Positions 1 through 9,287 are shown, counted from the first letter of the stretch. The stretch: DNA of 64,000 nt from Planctomycetaceae bacterium (GCA_003153375.1 PLYM01000125.1:14788-78787), one strand, 5' to 3'. The notes: generated by a model from the letters alone, not told the origin. A program made the numbers and translations.

Positions 1-319
1 CGCTGCTGTATGCATCCAGCTTTGCCACGTGGACGACGCCCGCGCAGTTGACGACGATCTGCAAACCGCCGAACTGCTCGACAGCCTGCTCGATCGAGGC
101 CCGCACTTCGGTCTCTTGCGCCACGTCGCAGGGTGTAAAAATCGCCTGCCCCCCTGCCCTGCCGATGCGCCGCGCGAGCTCCTCGCCCAGCGGCACCTGC
201 ACATCAGCAATCGCCACCCGCGCCCCCTCCGCGGCGAACAATTCCGCCACCGCCGCGCCAATGCCCGACGCCCCGCCGCCAATCCAAGCCACCTGTCCCG
301 CAAGTTTTTCCGCCGCCAT
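1..319 (-). CDS. short-chain dehydrogenase/reductase (SDR), 3' part cut by window edge
   Basis: A reverse-strand ATG at 319..317 opens MAAEKLAGQVAWIGGGASGIGAAVAELFAAEGARVAIADV..., which carries the SDR Rossmann GxxxGIG motif. The ORF runs off the window start, so it is absent from the ORF track. Confidence 0.8.
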   Translation of the reverse strand, partial: MAAEKLAGQVAWIGGGASGIGAAVAELFAAEGARVAIADVQVPLGEELARRIGRAGGQAIFTPCDVAQETEVRASIEQAVEQFGGLQIVVNCAGVVHVAKLDAYSS

Positions 320-371
320 GTGCAATCAAACCCCTCATTAGCGCACAAAGACGCCCCCTACAAACCTCCAG

Positions 372-403
372 GGTGCCATGCCCACGCTCGCGTGGGCATG
401 CCC
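372..403. repeat. REP-like element: GGTGC followed by a CATG-capped hairpin
   Basis: Sequence is GGTGCCATGCCCACGC-tc-GCGTGGGCATGCCC, with perfect 11-bp arms at 377..387 and 390..400. It is intergenic, between same-strand genes. Related units occur at 52035..52062, 52109..52136 and 58729..58805. Confidence 0.6.
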
Positions 404-626
404 GAGCAAGTCAGGCGTTCAATTGCCGCCATGATAAGACGGGCCAGCGCGAGGTCGCAAGAGAATGGATCGGCCAGATCGCGGCTTATGAGAGTTTTGT
501 GGACGGTCGGCAGAACTAGCTCAAGCTCATCGGCATGAAAATCGGCAAGTCAAATACCGCTGGGTGCCACGCATTGGACGGCAAAGTTGACTTCGTCGTA
601 TGCCATGACAATCGCGACTTGATTCA

Positions 627-1757
627 TCATCGAGGAACGCCGAGGCTGGCGAGCCACTCGACCCACTGGCGGGCGCGGACTTCCCAGGTGTGCTCGGCAT
701 TCATTGTGGCAACCTGGCGGCGCAGACTGGACTCGGAAGCGGCGCTGGGATTGGCACATTCGAGCAGTGCTGTGACGGTTTCGTCGATGAACTGGCGCTG
801 GTAGGCCTCACGTGATCGTCCGACGATCGGAATCAGCCGCGCAAATCCGGCCGTCGTCTCGGGCAGAGCCCCCAAATCGCTGGTCACCACGCGGCAGCCG
901 CTGGCCATCGCCTCGAGGACGGCGGTGCAGCAGGTCTCGGCAAAGGTGTTGGGATAGGCCAGCACCGCGACTTGCTCAAGCGCTTGCGCGAGCTGGGGTT
1001 GGGGGAGCGAGCCGATGTACTCCACTCCGGGAGTCTCGCGACACCGCTGATAGAGTGTGCCGAACTCGGCCTCGTCATCCTTTTCGGAAAAGGCATAGAC
1101 CTTGAGGCTGGAGAAAACCTGCAAACGCGCGCCGGGAACCGCGGCGCGGATTTGCGGAAACGCCTCGATGAGCAGGTCCAGTCCGCGAAAGGGAGTGCTC
1201 GTATAAGCCAGAATCGGCGGTGAGGCCTTGGGGGTGGCAATCCGCAAGGGATCGCGCCCCTTGTATTCAAAAGCCGTAGCGATCGCGTTTTTGGCAACCG
1301 TCATCCGCGCCGGGTCGATCCCAAAGGCGCGAGCGTAACGATCCGACTGCCATTTGCTGACCATCACGAAACGGTCGTACGCGTCGCGCTCTCGCGGATC
1401 CTTCAGGTCCGCGACGTCCCATAAATTGTGATCGTGCTGGCACCACAGGATCAAGGGAACCCGCGGCGGAAGGGCCGGGCGCAGCATGGTGCCGTTTCCG
1501 GCCGACAATACGCAGACAAATGCGTCCGTGTCGAGCCAGCGAGGGTCGATGACCGCGCTCGGAGGCCACGCCGCGCATTGGACCCCATGATGCACGCCGG
1601 GCTGGCTGGTGGAGCTGACCAGCGTGACGTCGTGCTGCTGTCGGGCCAGCTCGCGCAGCAGATAACAGACGGCCGATTGGGTGCCCCCCAACGGGATCAA
1701 GTCGACGCTGCCGACGTGAAAGTCCCAACCCGAGAAGTCTGCAAACGTGATCCGCAT
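627..1757 (-). CDS. glycosyltransferase, group 1 (GT4-like)
   Basis: Taken from the 388-aa ORF. I start it at the internal ATG (MRITFADFSGW...) because the track start is TTG. It has a GT-B architecture with a C-terminal E-x7-E-like region (TFAETCCTAVLEAMASGCRVV) and sits next to an epimerase gene. Confidence 0.8.
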   Translation of the reverse strand: MRITFADFSGWDFHVGSVDLIPLGGTQSAVCYLLRELARQQHDVTLVSSTSQPGVHHGVQCAAWPPSAVIDPRWLDTDAFVCVLSAGNGTMLRPALPPRVPLILWCQHDHNLWDVADLKDPRERDAYDRFVMVSKWQSDRYARAFGIDPARMTVAKNAIATAFEYKGRDPLRIATPKASPPILAYTSTPFRGLDLLIEAFPQIRAAVPGARLQVFSSLKVYAFSEKDDEAEFGTLYQRCRETPGVEYIGSLPQPQLAQALEQVAVLAYPNTFAETCCTAVLEAMASGCRVVTSDLGALPETTAGFARLIPIVGRSREAYQRQFIDETVTALLECANPSAASESSLRRQVATMNAEHTWEVRARQWVEWLASLGVPR

Positions 1758-1910
1758 TGTGGCCGTCTGAAGCTCAACAATTACCTCGTCCAACGGGGAC
1801 GTTTAATCTACCAACGCTTATGGCTGGTATGAAATCGAATTCGTCCTCGCCCTCCCCGTCTCCAGCACGGTTTAAGCCGTGGCCCCCTTTTAGCCTTCGA
1901 CTCGAACACC

Positions 1911-2933
1911 CTACAACCACCCGTGCCGCAGATACCAGTCCGACGTCTGCCGCAGGCGGTCGACAAAGGGCACTTGCGGGGTAAAGCCGAGATCGTGGCG
2001 GATGGCTTGTGCGGAGCAGGTCCAATCGCCGGCCAGGGCTTCGCGGGCTTTGTCGAAGTTGAGGATGTAGGGGGTGCCGCGCACTCGGGCGCCGACTTCC
2101 GCCAAGGCGGCGGCTAGCCACAACAGCGAGGGGCCCGAGCTGCTCATGATCCGCACGCGCTGCCGGCCGAAGCATTGGCCGATCAGGCGGCCCAGGTCGG
2201 CGAAAGTGGGCTGATCGTCCATGGCCACGAAGTAGTAGCCGCGGGGCGAATGGGCCGCGAACTCGGCGCAGGCGTCGAGCCGGCTGCCGCGATCGCCGCA
2301 CAGCACCATGGCGTCGACCAGGTCGCGCACATGGATCAGCGAATAACGCTTGGGGGCCACTCCCAAGGCCAGGTGGACACCGAAGCGGAAGATCGAGCGG
2401 AACACGTCGCGCATCGCCACGTCGCCTTCGCCAAACACGATTGGTGGCCGAACGATCGTAATCGGCACGCGCGAAGAATAATCGGCGGCGATCAACTCGG
2501 CGGCCCGCTTGGCCCGGCCGTAGTGCGAGACAGGGCGGGCCGGATCGCTTTCGACGCGCGGGCGATCGGCGGATGAGGGGCCGGCCGCGGCCAGCGAGGA
2601 GATCGAGACCAGCGTCGGCGGCGTGGTGCGCGCGGCGCAGGCGGCGGCCACGTTGCGAAAGCCCTCGGTGTTGACCGCGTGCAGATCGGATTGGCGGAAG
2701 GCCGTGACCAGGCCCGCCAGGTGATAGACCACGTCGGCCCCCTCGACCGCGGCGCGCACGCGACGCGGACTGCGCACATCGCCTTGTGCCAGCCGCACGC
2801 CCAGCGCTTCCAGCGGTCTGGTCTTGGAAGTTGCCCGCACCAGGCACGTGACGTCGTCGCCCCGTTCGACGAGCCGCGCGGTCAACTTCGAGCCGATGAA
2901 CCCCGTTGCCCCTGTGACCAGCACTCTGGCCAT
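1911..2933 (-). CDS. NAD-dependent epimerase/dehydratase
   Basis: The internal ATG gives MARVLVTGATGFIGSKL (GxxGxxG Rossmann motif). A GGAGCAGGA sequence lies just upstream. The longer track ORF adds an implausible R-rich leader. Confidence 0.85.
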   Translation of the reverse strand: MARVLVTGATGFIGSKLTARLVERGDDVTCLVRATSKTRPLEALGVRLAQGDVRSPRRVRAAVEGADVVYHLAGLVTAFRQSDLHAVNTEGFRNVAAACAARTTPPTLVSISSLAAAGPSSADRPRVESDPARPVSHYGRAKRAAELIAADYSSRVPITIVRPPIVFGEGDVAMRDVFRSIFRFGVHLALGVAPKRYSLIHVRDLVDAMVLCGDRGSRLDACAEFAAHSPRGYYFVAMDDQPTFADLGRLIGQCFGRQRVRIMSSSGPSLLWLAAALAEVGARVRGTPYILNFDKAREALAGDWTCSAQAIRHDLGFTPQVPFVDRLRQTSDWYLRHGWL

Positions 2934-3312
2934 TCGTTCCTGCTCCCCGCGCGGCGGCCAACTGTCGTTGGTCTCGCCTGCCCTGCTTGCTCGTCGACGC
3001 ATGGGCTGCTCAGCATGGGCTGTGCAGCGTGGGCAGTGCCGTGCCCGTCAACGATTCCTAAGCACTATCGTCCTCAAATCGCAAACGCTGTGGTTCAAAA
3101 CCCCGCGCTTTTCCAACCCGCAATTTCGCTACCAGCGGCCCGAAGGCAGCCGTGTCGGTTTCTCTGTTCGAGCAACCGTCCAAGGCATTACTCGCGGCGC
3201 CATCATCACGCACAAGCGGCGAACCCGGCGGCATTTCGCGGTGTCGTGCCTGTTCCGGGGTCGGCTGGGAGATATACTTAATTGCTACCTGGTTCGGTCG
3301 GAGTTTCACCGC

Positions 3313-4458
3313 ATGAGCATTGTCTCGTCACGCCCCACGTCTGCCAAGGATGCGTTGGCGCCGTATAAGTCGCTTGACAACGAAACGTTGCAGGCGCGGA
3401 TCGCAGCGGTTCGCGCATCCCTCGGCTCTCGGCTGCTAATTCTGGGTCACCATTATCAACAGGACGAAGTCCTTGCGATGTCCGACCTGCGGGGCGACAG
3501 CTATCAGCTTAGCAAAATGGCGGCCGAAAGCGGCGATTGCCGGGCGATCGCTTTTTGCGGCGTCCACTTCATGGCCGAGACGGCCGACATCCTGGCCAAT
3601 CAGCCGGCCAAACTGGCGGCCCGCGGCGGCCAGCGTGTCACGGTCGTGCTACCCGATCTGGCCGCCGGCTGCTCGATGGCCGACATGGCCGCCATCGACC
3701 AAGTCGAGGGCGCCTGGGAAGAATTGGGCGAGGTGATCGACGCCGCCGACATCACGCCCGTCACGTACATCAATTCCGCTGCCAGCCTGAAGGCGTTCTG
3801 CGGCCGCCACGGCGGCATCGTGTGTACGTCGAGCAACGCCCGGGCCGTGCTCGAGTGGGCCTTCCAGCGCACGAGTCGCGTGTTGTTCTTTCCCGATCAG
3901 CACTTGGGCCGCAACACGGCCAAGGCCATGGGCATTCCGCTTGAGCAGATGCCGGTCTGGGATCCGCATCAGGAGAGTCTGGGGGGCAACACGCCCGAGA
4001 GCTTGCGAGCCAGCAAGGTGCTGTTGTGGCGGGGCCATTGCAGTGTCCATCAGATGTTCACCGCCGCGCACGTCGACTTGTTTCGGGTCAAGGTGCCGGG
4101 CGTCAAAATCCTGGTGCATCCCGAATGTCCGATGGAAGTCGTCGATAAAGCCGACGTGCAGGGCTCCACCGGCAAGATCATTCGCGAGGTGGAAACGGCC
4201 CCGCCCGGCACCAAGTGGGCCATCGGCACCGAGTTGCACCTGGTGAACCGCTTGAAGGAAGAACATCCCGAGCAGGAGATTCATTTTCTTTCGCCTGTGG
4301 TTTGCATGTGTGCCACGATGTATCGCATCGACCTGGCCCATCTCTGCTGGAGTCTGGAGAGCCTGGCCGCCGGCACCGCTGTGAACGTCATCCGCGTGGA
4401 CGACGAAACCTCACGGTTGGCGCTACTGGCCCTCGAACGGATGCTGGCGGTGAAATAA
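3313..4458 (+). CDS. nadA: quinolinate synthase
   Basis: From ATG 3313 the protein reads MSIVSSRP...LLILGHHYQQDEVL...FCGVHFMAETADIL...HPECP...VVCMCATMYRI, the characteristic NadA repeats and Cys ligands. The track ORF start at 2824 is upstream read-through. Confidence 0.9.
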   Translation: MSIVSSRPTSAKDALAPYKSLDNETLQARIAAVRASLGSRLLILGHHYQQDEVLAMSDLRGDSYQLSKMAAESGDCRAIAFCGVHFMAETADILANQPAKLAARGGQRVTVVLPDLAAGCSMADMAAIDQVEGAWEELGEVIDAADITPVTYINSAASLKAFCGRHGGIVCTSSNARAVLEWAFQRTSRVLFFPDQHLGRNTAKAMGIPLEQMPVWDPHQESLGGNTPESLRASKVLLWRGHCSVHQMFTAAHVDLFRVKVPGVKILVHPECPMEVVDKADVQGSTGKIIREVETAPPGTKWAIGTELHLVNRLKEEHPEQEIHFLSPVVCMCATMYRIDLAHLCWSLESLAAGTAVNVIRVDDETSRLALLALERMLAVK

Positions 4459-4575
4459 CCGCGGTGTGGCCGAGTGATTTGAGTGGCACCCGTCTGACCC
4501 TTGCCCGTCGGTTTGCTCAGCGGTAGGCTACGCGTTCGATTCTTTCCTGGGCCATCATCCGATTTTGAGTGGACT

Positions 4576-5808
4576 ATGAGCGACCCGTATTTTCAGCGGC
4601 TGTTTGCCGAACGCGTGGGTGGAGCCAACTATGGCAAGGGGACCGCGATCTATAAGTTCGAGAAAATCAAGCGGGCCAAGCGCAAGGCGCTGGCCGACCA
4701 TCCCGAGCGCACGCTGATCGATTTCGGCATCGGTGAGAACGACGAGATGGCTCCCGCGTCGGTGCGGGCCGTGATGGGCGCCGAGATCAATCGCCTCGAG
4801 AACCGCGGCTATGCCGACAACGGCGTGGCGGCCTACAAGGAGGCCGTGGCGCGGTTCATGCAACGCAATTTCGGCGTCGAGCTCGACCCGGTCAAGGAAG
4901 TTAATCATTGCATCGGTTCGAAGACGGCGCTGGCCATGTTGCCGGCCGCCTTCATCAACCCGGGCGACGTGACGCTGATGACCGTGCCCGGCTATCCCGT
5001 GGCTGGCACGCACACGAAATACTATGGCGGCAGCGTTCACGCCTTGCCGCTGCTGCCGAGCAACGACTTTCTACCCGATCTGGATTCGATTCCCGCCGAC
5101 GTGCGCGCGCGGGCCAAACTGCTCGTGCTCTGCTATCCGAACAGCCCGACCGGCAAGGTGGCGACGCGCGATTTTTATCAGCGAGTCATCGAGTTCGCCC
5201 ATCGCAACGACGTGGTCGTGGTGCAAGATGCGGCCCACATCATGCTCACCTACGAAGGCGCGCCGCTGAGCTTCTTGAGCGTGCCGGGTGCCAAGGAAGT
5301 GGGCGTCGAAGTACACTCGATGTCCAAGGGCTTCCACATGATCGGCTGGCGGCTGGGTTGGGTCTGTGGTCACGAGCGGATCGTGCAGGCTTTTGCCGAT
5401 GTGAAGGATAACAGCGACTCGGGCCAGTTCATCGCGATTCAGAAGGCGGGCGCCGCCGCCCTCGACGATGCGGCGATTCCCGTGCAGGTCAAACAGAAGT
5501 ACGAGCGGCGCTGCCGCAAGCTGGTCGACGTACTCAATCGCTGCGGCTTTACGGCCCGCATGCCGGGCGGCACCTACTTTGTTTACGCCACCAGCCCCAA
5601 GGGCATCGCCGGCGGCCCGACGTTCGAAACGGCCGAAGCCGCCAGCCAGTATCTGATTACCGAGCACTCGATCTGCACCGTGCCCTGGGACGATGCCGGG
5701 GCCTATCTGCGGTTTTCGGCCACCTATGAAGGCGAAACCGAAGCGGCCGAGGACGCTCTGATGAAAGCCACGGAAGAGCGGCTGCGCAAGATCAAGCCCG
5801 TGTTCTGA
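4576..5808 (+). CDS. dapL: PLP-dependent aminotransferase, LL-diaminopimelate aminotransferase-like
   Basis: It contains IDFGIGENDEMAP, NPGDVTLMTVPGYP, CYPNSPTG and the PLP-lysine motif SMSKGFHMIGWRLG. The start is taken at MSDPYFQ. Confidence 0.7.
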   Translation: MSDPYFQRLFAERVGGANYGKGTAIYKFEKIKRAKRKALADHPERTLIDFGIGENDEMAPASVRAVMGAEINRLENRGYADNGVAAYKEAVARFMQRNFGVELDPVKEVNHCIGSKTALAMLPAAFINPGDVTLMTVPGYPVAGTHTKYYGGSVHALPLLPSNDFLPDLDSIPADVRARAKLLVLCYPNSPTGKVATRDFYQRVIEFAHRNDVVVVQDAAHIMLTYEGAPLSFLSVPGAKEVGVEVHSMSKGFHMIGWRLGWVCGHERIVQAFADVKDNSDSGQFIAIQKAGAAALDDAAIPVQVKQKYERRCRKLVDVLNRCGFTARMPGGTYFVYATSPKGIAGGPTFETAEAASQYLITEHSICTVPWDDAGAYLRFSATYEGETEAAEDALMKATEERLRKIKPVF

Positions 5809-5862
5809 AATCCATGCGGTCGGAGCACGTTGGCACGTCGCTTGATCGGTAAGCTTGCTGGG

Positions 5863-6480
5863 CTACGCCGTGGTTTGCTTGAGCGTCTCGGACAGACGAA
5901 TCAGCTCGGCGCGCGAGTGGCAATTCATCTTGCGCATCAGGCTGGCGCGGCGCAGTTGGATGGTGCGCAGGCTGAGATCGAGTTTCAGCGCGATCGCCTT
6001 GTCGGGTTTGCCGATCGCCGTCAATTCGAGCACTTGCCGCTCTTCGTCGGTCAGGCTGCCAAAGCGTTCGAGCAGGAGGCCACGCTCGGCTTCGGTCTTC
6101 TGGTTGCGCTCGTCCAGTTCGATCGCCCGGCGGACGCTGTCCATCAAGGCGGCGCCGCGATAGGGTTTTTCCAGGAAGTCGACCGCGCCGGCCTTCATGG
6201 CCGAAACGGCGGCCGGAATGTCGCCGTGCCCGCTGATCATGATGATCGGCACCTTGATGTTGCGCGACGTGAGGGCCTCGACCACTTCCAGGCCGCTCAG
6301 TTGCGGCATCCGCAGGTCGAGCACCACGCAACCCGGCTGGTCGTGGGTGTAGTGGTCGAGGAAATCGGGCCCCGAGGCGAAGCATTCGACTTCGAGGTCC
6401 ATCGATTGAATCAGCGCGGCGAGCGACTCGCGCACTTGCTCGTCATCATCGACGACGGCTACTTTCGGTGACGTGGACAT
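5863..6480 (-). CDS. response regulator, FixJ/LuxR family (REC + HTH)
   Basis: The receiver is canonical (VAVVDDDE ... VVLDLRMP ... ISGHGD ... FLEKP). The C-terminal LuxR HTH reads LTDEERQVLELTAIGKPDKAIALKLDLSLRTIQLRR. Confidence 0.9.
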   Translation of the reverse strand: MSTSPKVAVVDDDEQVRESLAALIQSMDLEVECFASGPDFLDHYTHDQPGCVVLDLRMPQLSGLEVVEALTSRNIKVPIIMISGHGDIPAAVSAMKAGAVDFLEKPYRGAALMDSVRRAIELDERNQKTEAERGLLLERFGSLTDEERQVLELTAIGKPDKAIALKLDLSLRTIQLRRASLMRKMNCHSRAELIRLSETLKQTTA

Positions 6481-8746
6481 CGGGAACTCCGACTAATGGC
6501 AACGTAAAACGGAATGTGACACCATGCGTGGGGTTCGGAGTGACCCAGAGGCGGCCCCCATGATCTTCCACGATCGAACGGCTGATGGCCAGTCCGATCC
6601 CCACGCCATTCGACTTATTGGTGAAAAACGCCTCGAACACGCGGTCGAAATTCTCGGCCGCGATTCCCTCCCCCTGATCCTCGACCGATATCTCGACGAA
6701 CTCGTCGTCGGCCGTGGCCGCGATCGTCACCTGCCGGCATTCGGGTCGATTGCCGGCCATGGCCTCGAAGGCATTGCGCAGCAGGTTGACCAGCACTTGC
6801 TGAATCTGGATCGGGTCAACCGTGACGAACTCCTTCTCGTAGGGCTCCTCCCAGCGCACGCGCACATTTTGCAGCCGGGCGTCGGCTTCCAGCAGCGCGA
6901 TGACTTCCTCCATCAGCTCGCCCACCTCAACCGTCGAGCGGCGCGACTCGCTCTTGCGCGTGAATCCGCGGAGGCGGCGAATGATCTCGCCGGCGCGATG
7001 CGTGTTGGCCGCGATCTTCTCGATCCAGTCGAGCACCTTGGGGTCGCCGTGTTGCGCGCGAAGCGACCGGGCGCATGTTTCGGCATAGTTGGCAATCGCG
7101 GTCAATGGCTGGTTGAGCTCGTGCGCCAGGCCCGTGGCGATCTCGCCCATCGTGCTGACGCGCGAGATGTGCGCCAGCTCGTCGCGGTGTACGTGGGCCA
7201 TTTCCTCGGCGCGCCGCCGCTCGGAAATATCCATGATCGAGCCGATCATGCGGGCCGGCTTGCCGTCGGCGTCGTACATCACGAACCCGCGGTCGATCAC
7301 GTCGGCATAGCTGCCGTCGGCGCGGCGGAACCGATATTCGAACATGCACTGCTGGGAACTACTCCGATCCAGCAGCGGCAAGTCGGCGAGCACCCGATCG
7401 CGGTCATCGTCGTGAATGCGAGCGCGCCACCAGTTGAAGTTGGGTTCGACCTCGTCGGGACGATAGCCAAACAGAGTTTGAAAGCCCTCGCTCCGCCAGA
7501 TGTCCCCCTTTTGCAGGTCCCAATCCCAGATCGCGTCGCGCGTGGCCTTGGTGGCCAGGCGGAATCGCTCCTCGCTCTCGCGCAGCCGCTCCTCGGCGTT
7601 CTTGAGCGCCGAAATATCCATCAGCGAGCCCGCCATCCGCACGCTCTGGCCCTCGGAATTGAAGACCACGAACCCCCGGTCGAAAACGTGGCCGTAGGTG
7701 CCGTCGGCGCGGAGCAAGCGATACTCGAGGATCCATTGCTGCTGGCCGTTGACCACCGGCGGGGGCATCGCCGCCATCACGCGCGGGCGGTCGTCGGGAT
7801 GGATGCGGCTAAGCCACCATTCGATCGTGTTCGCCGGATCTTCGTCGGGCACGCCAAACAGCTGGAAGTAGCTTTCGTTGCGCCAAACCTTGTTTTCGCG
7901 CAGGTCCCAGTCCCAGACGGCGTCCTTGGTCGCCCCGGCGATCGTCAAGAACCGCTCCTGGCTTTCGCGCAGCTGCTCTTCGACACGCTTGCGGTTCGTG
8001 ATGTCCTGGGCCGTGGCAAGGTAGACTTGCTGTTCGAGGCAGGGCAGGGCGTTGAGCAGCATCCAAATGTAAGAGCCGTCTTTGCAGACCACCCGCAGCT
8101 CGGCCGCCAAGACCGGCTTGCCCTTGATGAATTGCTCGCGAAACTCCGCGGCCCGCGCGCGGTCGTCGCGGTGCAGGCGTTCGCGCAGGGGAACCGCCAA
8201 CATCTCTTCTTGCGTATATCCGAGCACGGCTTCCCAAGCCGGATTCCAATGTTTGATATAGCCGTCGAAGCCGACGACCGAGACCAGGTTGAGCGCTTGG
8301 TTGAGCCATTGCTCGCGGCGCCGCGACTCACGACGCTCCTCTTCATAAATACGCAGTGATCCGGCCAGCCGCTGTGGCAAAGCGTCCAGATAGCCGGGCG
8401 ACTTCGTCAGATAGTCGGCGGCTCCGCGCTTCATGGCCGCCACGGCCGCGCATTCCGAGCCGCGCCCGGTGACGATCACCAGCGGCACGCCCTGGGCTTG
8501 CTCGTCGAGGCGATCGAACGTCCACAGTTCATCGAGCCCCCACGGCGCCAGCTCACTGACCACGAGATCGAAGCACTCGGCGGCCAGTTGTCGCTCGAAC
8601 TCCTCGCGCGAGCAGGCCACGACGACGCGGAAATGGCTTTCGCTCTCGAAGCGGCGGCGCACGGCGTCGCACTCGGCCGGATTGTCGTCAACGACCAGCA
8701 GGGCGAGCGGGGCAGGCGGTGGCGAACTAGCGGGCAAGGTGTTCAT
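6446..8746 (-). CDS. hybrid sensor histidine kinase: N-terminal receiver-like domain, three PAS/PAC modules, HisKA and HATPase
   Basis: It has an N-terminal LLVVDDN...DLVVSE...VTGRG...YLTK receiver. PAS/PAC-like modules recur (three DAxWDWDL / WW..RIHPDD-type blocks). The H-box is LAHELNQPLTAI, and the ATPase carries N and G boxes (LLRNAFEAM, DQGEGI, GVGIGLAISR). It overlaps the downstream RR gene by 35 nt. Confidence 0.9.
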   Translation of the reverse strand: MNTLPASSPPPAPLALLVVDDNPAECDAVRRRFESESHFRVVVACSREEFERQLAAECFDLVVSELAPWGLDELWTFDRLDEQAQGVPLVIVTGRGSECAAVAAMKRGAADYLTKSPGYLDALPQRLAGSLRIYEEERRESRRREQWLNQALNLVSVVGFDGYIKHWNPAWEAVLGYTQEEMLAVPLRERLHRDDRARAAEFREQFIKGKPVLAAELRVVCKDGSYIWMLLNALPCLEQQVYLATAQDITNRKRVEEQLRESQERFLTIAGATKDAVWDWDLRENKVWRNESYFQLFGVPDEDPANTIEWWLSRIHPDDRPRVMAAMPPPVVNGQQQWILEYRLLRADGTYGHVFDRGFVVFNSEGQSVRMAGSLMDISALKNAEERLRESEERFRLATKATRDAIWDWDLQKGDIWRSEGFQTLFGYRPDEVEPNFNWWRARIHDDDRDRVLADLPLLDRSSSQQCMFEYRFRRADGSYADVIDRGFVMYDADGKPARMIGSIMDISERRRAEEMAHVHRDELAHISRVSTMGEIATGLAHELNQPLTAIANYAETCARSLRAQHGDPKVLDWIEKIAANTHRAGEIIRRLRGFTRKSESRRSTVEVGELMEEVIALLEADARLQNVRVRWEEPYEKEFVTVDPIQIQQVLVNLLRNAFEAMAGNRPECRQVTIAATADDEFVEISVEDQGEGIAAENFDRVFEAFFTNKSNGVGIGLAISRSIVEDHGGRLWVTPNPTHGVTFRFTLPLVGVPDVHVTESSRRR

Positions 8747-8996
8747 GCGGCGGACAATATCGCCTTACTTGGGCCGCCAGATCGAGGCAGTCTTTTTGAG
8801 CGCAGTAGTCGGGGGGCGTAGGGGCCCGGCGACCGCCGGACGCCTCAGCGAAAAGAACGCCGCAGATCGAGCTCGATGTGACACTCCTTCCAATGTGGCT
8901 CGCGCCAAATGAGGAGTCAATCCCGATCGGGACGAATCGGCCGCCCCGGCGAGTCGGCAGCCGCAAAAGCTGGCCGATATTCCGCGGATTCGCCTT

Positions 8997-9287
8997 TCAG
9001 GCACGGGGCACGATGTTGGTAATCCGCAGCGCGATCCGCTCGCCCTCCCGCACGCACGATCCCTCGGCCAGCCGCTGCCCGCCGGCCGACACTTCCAGCG
9101 GCTCGCGGCACGATTTGTTGAAGGCGAGGATCGACCCCGTCACCAAGCCCAGAATGTCGCCGATTGGCAACCGCTTCGCCGCCAGCGTCACCGTCACCTG
9201 CACTCGAATGCCCAGCAGCCGCCGGTGAAAGTCGGCCCGACCGACGGGTTCATGCTCGAGGTCAGTTCGTGCGGTGTGCTCTTCCAT
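8997..9287 (-). CDS. FliN/SpoA-domain protein (flagellar switch / T3SS SpoA-like C-terminal domain)
   Basis: LLGIRVQVTVTLAAKRLPIGDILGLVTGSILAFNKSCREPLEVSAGGQRLAEGSCVREGERIALRITNIV matches the FliMN_C/SpoA pattern as I recall it. The start is taken at MEEHTA; the longer 147-aa ORF has an R-rich, implausible N-terminus. Confidence 0.6.
   Translation of the reverse strand: MEEHTARTDLEHEPVGRADFHRRLLGIRVQVTVTLAAKRLPIGDILGLVTGSILAFNKSCREPLEVSAGGQRLAEGSCVREGERIALRITNIVPRA

Noticed and set aside
4500-4552. tRNA-like strings (GCTCAGCGGTAGG resembling a D-loop, GCGTTCGATTC resembling a T-loop) in the nadA-dapL spacer.
   Set aside because: The putative T-stem halves (ACGCG and CTTTC) are not complementary. 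There is no room for an anticodon arm between the two strings, and no acceptor stem can be formed. It is not a tRNA, at most a degraded fragment.
6524-8359. Very long ORFs antisense to or out of frame with recognised genes. Examples are 6524..8359+, 1774..2961-, 33772..35145-, 52233..53765+, 54647..55954+, 56120..58183+, 60702..62129- and 62229..63188-.
   Set aside because: Their translations are R/A/G/P/H-rich with no recognisable motifs. Each lies opposite a gene with strong family signatures (HK, epimerase, tex, glnA, MMPL, S41, rhaB, cysH). Long stop-free shadow frames like these are expected in GC-rich DNA.
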